The notes beneath the pieces were generated by a model. The model worked only from the letters and a program-made list of their open reading frames with translations, ran no database searches and was not told where the DNA came from. Below, one piece after another: positions 18,617 through 26,245 of a stretch of DNA of 64,000 nucleotides (its first letter is position 1; each line of letters starts with the position of its first letter). Both the position numbers and the translations under genes were made by a program. Where the stretch lies: contig JBGUOX010000048.1 of assembly GCA_045129995.1 (NCBI GenBank), positions 16,381 through 80,380 on the forward strand. The letters are read 5' to 3'. This DNA comes from Ruminococcus sp. GTDB taxonomy: Bacteria; Bacillota; Clostridia; Oscillospirales; Acutalibacteraceae.

Positions 18617-18844
18617 ATGGATGAATTAATGCAGATTTTGGAAGAACTCAGACCCGACGTTGACTTTGAGAACGAGACCGCGCTGATCACAAACGGCGTG
18701 CTGGATTCCTTTGACATCGTTGCGCTTGTCGGCGAATTGAACGACGCTTTCGACATTGAGATCAAGCCCAACAACCTTGTGCCCGAAAACTTCAACTCGG
18801 CAAAGGCTATGATGGCTTTGATCGAGCAGCTCCAGGACGAATAA
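18617..18844 (+). CDS. Acyl/aminoacyl carrier protein (DltC-like)
   Basis: 75 aa, acidic, GVLDSFDIV phosphopantetheine Ser motif, ENFNS. Confidence 0.92.
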   Translation: MDELMQILEELRPDVDFENETALITNGVLDSFDIVALVGELNDAFDIEIKPNNLVPENFNSAKAMMALIEQLQDE

Positions 18845-18847
18845 GCT

Positions 18848-20035
18848 ATGAACACCGATAAAATTAGAGCGCTTGCTTCTGAGCTTGCAACTCCTTCCTA
18901 TATCTTCGATTTGGATGAGTTTGAGAAGCGGGCGGCACTGGTGCGCAAATACTTCGGCGAAAAAACAGGACTTTGCTTTTCCATTAAGGCAAATCCGTTT
19001 TTGCTGGGCAGACTCCCTGAAATCTTTGACAAAATCGAGGTTTGCAGCCCCGGCGAGTTGACGATTTGCGAAAAAACCGGTGTGGATATGAAAAAAATCA
19101 TTTTCTCCGGCGTGAACAAAACCGAAAAGGATGTTCATCGCGCTGCCGAGGATGAGGTCGGTACGTTTACCGCCGAAAGCAGACTGCACGTCACAATGAT
19201 CAACGCAGAAGGCATTGCGCGCGGAAAGGTCTTCCCCGTTTTGCTGCGCGTCACTGATGTAAAGGGCGGCAGCCAATTCGGTATGGAAGAAAAGGATGTT
19301 CTGGACATCATCACTCACCGTGAGGATTACAAAGGCATTGAGATCGTCGGCGTTCATTACTTCACCGGCACACAAAAGAAAAAAGCAAAGCCCATTGAGC
19401 GCGAGCTGGCGTATCTCAGCGATCTTATCGACCGCGTAAAAGCTGAGTATGACTTTGTGATCGAGCGCGTTGAATACGGCACCGGTCTTGCAGTCGATTA
19501 TTTTGAGGACAACGCAGATGAGCTTGAGGAGGAGCGCCTGGCTTCTATCTCCGAAGCGATCCGCGCTCTTGCCGAAAAAGCCGCGCTGACCGTTGAAATG
19601 GGCAGATTCTTCGCCGCTCCCTGCGGATACTACCTGACAAAGGTTATTGACGCTAAAACCAATTACGACATCAACTATGTTATTGTTGACGGCGGTTTGA
19701 ATCAGCTGAAATATGACGGACAATTGCAGGGTATGCAGATCCCGAAAATCATCCACTTAAAGAATCACGACGGTGAGGACGGCGTAAAGGCGTGGACGCT
19801 TTGCGGAAGCCTTTGCACCACAGCCGACATTCTGGCGCGCAACGCTTCGTTTGACAGTCTTGCCATCGGAGATGTGCTGGTATTCTGCCGCACGGGCGCG
19901 TATTCCGTGACCGAGGGTATGGCAGTGTTCCTCAGCCGTGAAATGCCGGTCGTTTCGGTATATTCCGAAAAAGACGGATTACATATTATCAGAGAAATGC
20001 TGTACTCCGACGTTTTCAACACCCCGGCACTTTAA
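18848..20035 (+). CDS. Fold-type III PLP-dependent decarboxylase (LysA superfamily; probably acts on a carrier-bound substrate, BtrK-like)
   Basis: FSIKANP (PLP Lys), EVCSPGE, SQFG, EMGRF, GSLCTTAD, GAYS. Confidence 0.85.
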   Translation: MNTDKIRALASELATPSYIFDLDEFEKRAALVRKYFGEKTGLCFSIKANPFLLGRLPEIFDKIEVCSPGELTICEKTGVDMKKIIFSGVNKTEKDVHRAAEDEVGTFTAESRLHVTMINAEGIARGKVFPVLLRVTDVKGGSQFGMEEKDVLDIITHREDYKGIEIVGVHYFTGTQKKKAKPIERELAYLSDLIDRVKAEYDFVIERVEYGTGLAVDYFEDNADELEEERLASISEAIRALAEKAALTVEMGRFFAAPCGYYLTKVIDAKTNYDINYVIVDGGLNQLKYDGQLQGMQIPKIIHLKNHDGEDGVKAWTLCGSLCTTADILARNASFDSLAIGDVLVFCRTGAYSVTEGMAVFLSREMPVVSVYSEKDGLHIIREMLYSDVFNTPAL

Positions 20036-20045
20036 GTTCAATATC

Positions 20046-20094
20046 AAAAAGACGGCACACGCTGCATCATCGTTAAGGTGAGCCGTCTTTTTTT
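20046..20094 (+). terminator. Terminator-like hairpin inside the dlt-like cluster
   Basis: AAAAAGACGGC...GCCGTCTTTTTTT. Confidence 0.6.
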
Positions 20095-20158
20095 ACTGTA
20101 CGGAATTTGTACCCGCATTTTCTTATGACAGTTAGTATATACAAACGGAGATGTTATT

Positions 20159-21793
20159 TTGATATTTAATATTACATACACCTCACTGAATTTTATCTTC
20201 TTTGTGTTGGCAACAATGCTTGTCTATTTTCTCTTCCCCGCGAAGAAATACAAGTGGACGGTGTTGCTTGCCGCCAGCCTGTTCTTTTATGCGGTGGCAG
20301 GATATAAATTTGCCGCCTTCATTCTGTTCACATCACTTTCTACCTATTTGATCGGACTTTGGATAGAACACGTTTCCGTATCATCGAAAGCGATGCTCAA
20401 AAGCAAAAAATCGGAATGGGACAGAGATAAAAAGAAAACGTATAAAAACCGTATCAAGATTCAAAAGCGCCTGATCATGACGCTGGCGCTGGTCATCAAC
20501 TTTGGTATTCTTGCGTTTTTGAAATACTACAATTTCTTTGCAGGCAGCCTGAATGATATGCTGGGCGTTTTCGGCATAGGGTTCTCCGCGCCGACGCTGA
20601 ATTTGTTTTTGCCGCTGGGCATTTCCTTTTACACCTTTCAGTCGATGGGATACATTGTGGATGTCTATCGCGAAAAAACACCGGCGCAGAAAAATCCCCT
20701 CAAGCTTCTGCTGTTTGTTTCCTTCTTTCCGCAGATCGTGCAAGGTCCTATCAGCATTTATGACCAGCTGGCGCACCAGCTTTATGAGCCGCACGACTTT
20801 GATTTTACCCGTGTTAAGCACGGAATGGAACTTATTTTGTGGGGCTTTGTTAAAAAGCTTATCATCGCCGACCGCGCGGTGATCCCGATCAACGAGGTCA
20901 TCGCAAACTATGACGCTTACAACGGCACTACACTGACCTTTACCATTTTGTTGTACGCGATACAGCTTTATATGGATTTTTCGGGCGGCATAGATATTTC
21001 ACGCGGCGTTGCGCAGATATTCGGAATTGATTTGATAGATAACTTCAAACGACCGTATTTCTCAAAATCCATCAACGAATACTGGCGCAGATGGCATATT
21101 TCCCTGGGCGCTTGGATGAAGAATTACATCTTCTACCCCATTGCTATGTCCAACGCTTTTTTGACCGCGAGCAAAAAAATGAAGAATACTCGTTTCGGTC
21201 AGACAGCTGCCGGCGCGCACATTGCCAAGGTATTGCCCACCAGCTTTGCTTCGCTTGTCGTATTCTTCGTTGTCGGTGTTTGGCACGGCGCTAACTGGAA
21301 ATATGTGATGTTCGGTTTGTGGAACGGCGTAATTATTATGCTGAGCATTTTGATGCAGCCGATTTTTGACAGCTGGACAAATAAGCTGCATATCAAAAGG
21401 CAAAGCTTCGCGTTCCGTCTGTTCCAAATGGTCAGAACCTTTATCGTGGTACTGGTCGGCTATGTATTTGACGTTGCGCCGACTATGGAGCAGGGCTTCA
21501 AAACGATCGCTATGTTTTTCACATCGCAAAATCCCGTGGAGGGATGGCAGCAGATATTCTCGCTTGGCATTCAGAATTATGACTATGTTGTGATCATACT
21601 GGGCATTGTCCTTATCTGGATCGTCAGCATGATCCAGGAAAAACATCAGGATACCGACATACGCACGATGCTTGACAAAAAGCCGTTTATGCTGCGCTTT
21701 GCAGCTGTTTATCTTGGCATTGTTGCCGTTGTTGTATTTGGCATTTACGGTTCCGGCTATAACGCCGCAGACTTTGTATATATGCAATTCTAA
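20159..21793 (+). CDS. MBOAT O-acyltransferase (DltB/AlgI/PatA family)
   Basis: LPLGISFYTFQ, FFPQIVQGPI, YMDFSG, YWRRWHISLGAW, catalytic WHGA, C-terminal FVYMQF; TTG start after GGAG. Confidence 0.95.
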   Translation: MIFNITYTSLNFIFFVLATMLVYFLFPAKKYKWTVLLAASLFFYAVAGYKFAAFILFTSLSTYLIGLWIEHVSVSSKAMLKSKKSEWDRDKKKTYKNRIKIQKRLIMTLALVINFGILAFLKYYNFFAGSLNDMLGVFGIGFSAPTLNLFLPLGISFYTFQSMGYIVDVYREKTPAQKNPLKLLLFVSFFPQIVQGPISIYDQLAHQLYEPHDFDFTRVKHGMELILWGFVKKLIIADRAVIPINEVIANYDAYNGTTLTFTILLYAIQLYMDFSGGIDISRGVAQIFGIDLIDNFKRPYFSKSINEYWRRWHISLGAWMKNYIFYPIAMSNAFLTASKKMKNTRFGQTAAGAHIAKVLPTSFASLVVFFVVGVWHGANWKYVMFGLWNGVIIMLSILMQPIFDSWTNKLHIKRQSFAFRLFQMVRTFIVVLVGYVFDVAPTMEQGFKTIAMFFTSQNPVEGWQQIFSLGIQNYDYVVIILGIVLIWIVSMIQEKHQDTDIRTMLDKKPFMLRFAAVYLGIVAVVVFGIYGSGYNAADFVYMQF

Positions 21794-21811
21794 AAAGCTG
21801 AGGCAGTGTTT

Positions 21812-22957
21812 ATGAAGAAAAAATTATACATCAGCCGGTCTGTCAAACTGATCAGCTTGTTTCTGGTGTTGATTTTGACACTGGGCATCCTGCAAAACTA
21901 TGTTTTGTGCCGTATCGACCAAAACAGCATCCGACTTGAAGGATACTATCAGGAGGAACAGGATACGCTGGATGTTGTCCTGCTGGGCGCAAGCGAAGTT
22001 TATACATCTTTTGCATCGGGACTGGCGTATGACAAGTTTGGTTTTACCAGCTATCCGTTCGCGTCGGAATCCATGACGGCAGACGGTATGATGCTGGCAC
22101 TGAAAGAGATACAGCGCACGCAAAAGCCGCAGCTGATCGTTATTGAGCTAAATTCTTATCTGTACAGAACTGACGTCAATGAACAGCACGACGCGCACAT
22201 TCGCAAGCTGATCGACAACATTCCGCTTAACGGAAACAAGATAGAATATATTACCAATAATGTGTCTCCGGATCTGTGGGCGGAATATTACTTTCCTATA
22301 ATAAAGTATCACAGCACATGGTCGTCGATCATGAAAAAGCCGCGTCTTGCCGTTACCAAGATTTGGCAGGAACTTCGCGGTATTTCCTACTTAAAAGGTC
22401 TGCGCACCACCACCACGGTGTTCAACCCAAATGTCAAGATATATAACGACAAGCTGGCGGATATTAACGAAACAAAAGAGCTTTCCCCTGTTTTGGAAAA
22501 AAAGCTTATAGATTTGCTCGATTATTGCAAAGAGCAAAAGATGGATAATGTTGTGTTTATGCGCGCGCCGCATATAGTAGTCGCTCAGTCGAGCATTGAC
22601 CGTGTAGAGCGAGCTAACCGTGCCGGAGAAATCGTTAAAAGCTACGGTTATCCGTTTATTAATTTGGAACGGGACTTCGCGAAAACCGGTGTGGATGTAA
22701 AAACAGATTTTTACAACTACGACCATATGAATATATACGGCACGGTGAAGATAACAAATTATCTCGGTTCGATTCTGTACAACGATTATCACATCCGCGG
22801 AAAAGAGCTTAGCAAAAAGCAAAAGGAAAACTGGGATACCGCAGCGGAATACTTCCACAAGCTGTACAAATACAGCGATTACCTGATCAAGGAGAAGCAC
22901 GAAATGATTCAGCTGACGGAAGACATCAATACGCTGAGAGCGCTAAAGAATTACTGA
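21812..22957 (+). CDS. Membrane-anchored SGNH-type acyltransferase (DltD/AlgJ-like)
   Basis: N-terminal TM anchor, block I LLGASE (cf. DltD GSSE), block V FYNYDHMNIYG; directly follows the MBOAT. Confidence 0.75.
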   Translation: MKKKLYISRSVKLISLFLVLILTLGILQNYVLCRIDQNSIRLEGYYQEEQDTLDVVLLGASEVYTSFASGLAYDKFGFTSYPFASESMTADGMMLALKEIQRTQKPQLIVIELNSYLYRTDVNEQHDAHIRKLIDNIPLNGNKIEYITNNVSPDLWAEYYFPIIKYHSTWSSIMKKPRLAVTKIWQELRGISYLKGLRTTTTVFNPNVKIYNDKLADINETKELSPVLEKKLIDLLDYCKEQKMDNVVFMRAPHIVVAQSSIDRVERANRAGEIVKSYGYPFINLERDFAKTGVDVKTDFYNYDHMNIYGTVKITNYLGSILYNDYHIRGKELSKKQKENWDTAAEYFHKLYKYSDYLIKEKHEMIQLTEDINTLRALKNY

Positions 22958-22964
22958 TTTGAAA

Positions 22965-22994
22965 ACAGCAAGACGGTGAAAACCGTCTTGCTGT
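22965..22994. terminator. Perfect 13-bp hairpin with GAAA loop (no + strand U-tract)
   Basis: ACAGCAAGACGGT-GAAA-ACCGTCTTGCTGT. Confidence 0.5.
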
Positions 22995-23100
22995 ATCTGG
23001 TAAAGCGTAAAATAACATAAATTTGCATTTAATTTGAAATCAGTATTACAAACAGCGCGATGAAGAAGTTTTTTAATTATAAAGAATGAGGAGTGGAAAA

Positions 23101-26100
23101 ATGAAGACTAACCGGCTGGAACGGCATAACACATCAGCTGATATTGTCCGCATTCTCGCGGTATTCTTTGTGATGTCAATTCACTTTTTATACCACACCT
23201 ATAACCACAACCCCGCCATTGGCGGAACCGACGGTTTTTATCAACTGAAAATCAACGGCTACGGACCGATAGACGGTATTGTAAAGTATATTCAGGAAGG
23301 CGATCCCACGATGCTGGAGGGACCGAAGTTCTTTCTGATGATTATGATGCGCACGGTATTTACGACCTGCGTACCGCTGTTTTTGCTGCTGACAGGCTAT
23401 TTTATGTCGAAAAAAACGCTCAGCCGCAGCTATTACAAAGGGATCCGCAAAACGCTGATAATCTTTGTGCTGGCGTCGATAGCCTGCTTCTTCTTTAAGT
23501 CCGTCCACAACACACCTGCGGCAAAAGATGCGTTTTATGCGATGGACTTCGGCAAAATGTTTGACGCACTTCATAAAACGCAAAAGTTTGGCTTGAAGGA
23601 TTATGTGCTGAGCATTTTTGATTTCAGCGGCGCCAACTATTCCTGGTATGTGGAAATGTATATCGGGCTGTTTTTGATCGCGCCGTTTTTGAATCTTGCC
23701 TACAACAAGCTGGGCAGCAAACGCCATAAGCAAGTATTGGTGGCAACCTTCGTTTTACTGACTATCCTTCCGACGCTGTTTAACATTTTTGAATTTAGCT
23801 CCGGTAGCTGGTGGATGAATCCTGCTAAGGACTCACATTATCAAAAGCTTCTCCCTGCATTTTGGATGAGCGCCTACCCCATCGCCTATTACTTTACCGG
23901 CGCTTATATCAGGGAATACGGCGTCAAACTGAAAACACGCTCAATACTGCCGTTGTTTGCGATCACACTGGTGCTGTTCGCGCTGTTTAACTTCTACCGC
24001 AGCTACGGTGACAAATACGTGTCCGGCATTTGGACCTTCTGGTATGGCTTCCAACCCTACGCGCTTTCCGTTATGCTGTTCACCATGCTTATGCGCATTA
24101 AAGCCAACGGCTGGCATCCTGTCGTTAGGACAGCTTTTTGCAAGGTCGCTGACTTAACGTACGGAATGTATTTGCTTTCCTACATATTTGATATTCTCAT
24201 CTATACGCAACTAACGAAAAACGTAATTTCAATTTACGACAAACTTCCATATTACTTCCTGTGCGTACCGTTATGCTTTGTGCTTTCTATGATCGCCAGC
24301 CTGATCGTAAATTTGATTGCAAAAGGAATTATTATTCTTTATGAGAAAATCAAAGCATATGTAATTACACACAAGGAAGCTGCCGACAAGCTGAAACGAC
24401 AGGATCTCATCTTTATTCTGCTGATGCTTGCTGCTGTTTTCTTTGCTTTGTGGAAGGTACAGTTCGGCTTTGGCGGCAACGACGAATCGTTCCACCTGAC
24501 TATTCCGCACCGTTTGACGAAAGGCGACGCGCTGTTCCGTGATGAATGGAACCTGTCGCAGATGAGCAGCTTTTTGCAGCTGCCGTTTGTGTGGGTTTTC
24601 ACGCTTATTTCGGGCAGTACCGACGGTATTGTTTTGGCGGCGAGGATCTTCTATGTGTTCATTCACGCAGGCGCGTGTGTGCTGATTTATACAAGACTGC
24701 GCAAGTACGGCTATGTCACGCTGATCGGTACCGTTCTGTATTTCCTGTACACGCCCTATAACATTATGACCCTTAACTATGATTCGATGGGAATGGGGCT
24801 TGTTGTGCTGGCAGGCGTGCTGATCGCCACCGCCGATTATCAAAAAAAGCTGTGGATCATTCTCAGCGGCGTTTGTTTCGCGGGCGCTGTACTGTGCTGT
24901 CCGTATCTTGCGTCTGGATATGTACTGTATCTTATCTGTATGCTTGTCCATTTGCTGATCAAGAAGAAGAACCTGAATTTTGTGCTAAACAGCGAATTGT
25001 TCAGCCTGAGAACATTCCTGTTCTTTACATTCGGCGTAGGCATTTTGGCAGTACTCTTCTTGCTGTTCACGCTGCCGCGTGTAGGCTTTGGCGGACTTGC
25101 CGAAAACCTGCCGCTTATGTTGAATGATCCGGAGCATCCTTCGGTATCCTTCGGAAACAGATTCACCCATTACTTTGAGGTGATCTTTAAAATGCAGCCG
25201 CTGTTCAAGCTGGCTGTATACGCCTACAGCATTACCGCGATCGCGATGCTGATCGACCGTAAGCGCCGTTTGCACCGTTCGGTTTATCTGTTTATCACCG
25301 CCGGCATAGTCGTGTTTACCGATATACTTCTGACGGCTGATCTGACCACAAAAACCTATAACGCGATGATGTTCCCCATGCTGTTTTTGGGCATCACCTC
25401 GTATGTGCTGTGCAAGAACAAGCCGCGCGAGCTGTTTGCCGGTTTGTTTGTGATGGGCATTCTTTACTCGTTCTGCGTATATTACGGCTCCAACCAAGGC
25501 TTTTATGTCATCTCAATGGCTTTCGCCGCCGTGAATGTTTCAAGCTTTGTGTTCCTTTCTCAGCTGATACGTGAAATGAACGAGTCCCCCGACAACATCA
25601 CATATGCAGTTTGGATCAAACGTCTGAGCTTCGCAGCAGTGGCGTTGGTGCTTGCCTTACAAGGAAACTTCCAGCTTTATGTCAAGGCACACCACTGTTT
25701 CTGGGAATCTGACACGACCAAGCTGACAACCATGATCGAAGAAGGTCCGGCTGCCGGGCTTTATACCGAGCAAACGAAGGCAAAGACTTATAACGATATT
25801 TACAACGATATTTCCCGATACTGGAAAATGGACGACAAAAATCTTCTGGTACTGAGCGAGCGGACGTGGATCTATTTGGCGGCTGACAAGCCCTACGGAA
25901 CCTTCTCCGCGTGGCTGTCAGGTGAAAAGCCCGGAAGCATTGACCGCTTGCAGTCCTTCTATGACATCAATCCCGACAAGGTGCCGCAGTACATATATGT
26001 TCCTGAAGCGTCAAAATGGGATATGAATTGGCTGCTCGGCAAGCTGCACAGTCTTGGGTATACGGAAGAACGCACCGCGGCAGGATACGCGCTGGTACGA

Positions 26101-26109
26101 AATCAATAA
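23101..26109 (+). CDS. Fusion of an acyltransferase-3 (OafA-like) domain and a GT-C-like polytopic domain with extracellular C-terminus
   Basis: N-half: DIVRILAVFFVMSIH (R-x10-H), VPLFLLLTGYF, WYVEMY, TYGMYL. C-half begins with a TM followed by GFGGNDESFHL...LFRDEW (acidic first loop) and about 11 more TM segments. GAGGAG RBS before ATG 23101. Confidence 0.75.
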   Translation: MKTNRLERHNTSADIVRILAVFFVMSIHFLYHTYNHNPAIGGTDGFYQLKINGYGPIDGIVKYIQEGDPTMLEGPKFFLMIMMRTVFTTCVPLFLLLTGYFMSKKTLSRSYYKGIRKTLIIFVLASIACFFFKSVHNTPAAKDAFYAMDFGKMFDALHKTQKFGLKDYVLSIFDFSGANYSWYVEMYIGLFLIAPFLNLAYNKLGSKRHKQVLVATFVLLTILPTLFNIFEFSSGSWWMNPAKDSHYQKLLPAFWMSAYPIAYYFTGAYIREYGVKLKTRSILPLFAITLVLFALFNFYRSYGDKYVSGIWTFWYGFQPYALSVMLFTMLMRIKANGWHPVVRTAFCKVADLTYGMYLLSYIFDILIYTQLTKNVISIYDKLPYYFLCVPLCFVLSMIASLIVNLIAKGIIILYEKIKAYVITHKEAADKLKRQDLIFILLMLAAVFFALWKVQFGFGGNDESFHLTIPHRLTKGDALFRDEWNLSQMSSFLQLPFVWVFTLISGSTDGIVLAARIFYVFIHAGACVLIYTRLRKYGYVTLIGTVLYFLYTPYNIMTLNYDSMGMGLVVLAGVLIATADYQKKLWIILSGVCFAGAVLCCPYLASGYVLYLICMLVHLLIKKKNLNFVLNSELFSLRTFLFFTFGVGILAVLFLLFTLPRVGFGGLAENLPLMLNDPEHPSVSFGNRFTHYFEVIFKMQPLFKLAVYAYSITAIAMLIDRKRRLHRSVYLFITAGIVVFTDILLTADLTTKTYNAMMFPMLFLGITSYVLCKNKPRELFAGLFVMGILYSFCVYYGSNQGFYVISMAFAAVNVSSFVFLSQLIREMNESPDNITYAVWIKRLSFAAVALVLALQGNFQLYVKAHHCFWESDTTKLTTMIEEGPAAGLYTEQTKAKTYNDIYNDISRYWKMDDKNLLVLSERTWIYLAADKPYGTFSAWLSGEKPGSIDRLQSFYDINPDKVPQYIYVPEASKWDMNWLLGKLHSLGYTEERTAAGYALVRNQ

Positions 26110-26121
26110 ATAATACAAATG

Positions 26122-26160
26122 ATAAAGCGATGAAATAACTTGTAATTTTCATCGCTTTAT
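26122..26160 (+). terminator. Hairpin after the AT3/GT-C gene
   Basis: ATAAAGCGATGAAA...TTTCATCGCTTTAT. Confidence 0.55.
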
Positions 26161-26245
26161 GTTATAGTATTAATTAGGCAGGTATTTGATTATTTATACT
26201 TACCTGTACTAAACTATCTCTAATAATTACGCGGAGGGGATTATT

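Noticed and set aside
17104-19756. Long minus-strand ORFs (410 aa and 376 aa) opposite the A-domain and decarboxylase
   Set aside because: Antisense shadows of well-supported genes, with no motifs or RBS. The same applies to the shadows over pfkA, pgm, purF, uvrB and the methyltransferase.
17089-22957. Calling the cluster a canonical dltABCD operon or an NRPS
   Set aside because: The extra decarboxylase, altered A4 motif and AlgI-type MBOAT tail argue against canonical dlt. There is no condensation or thioesterase domain, so it is not an NRPS.
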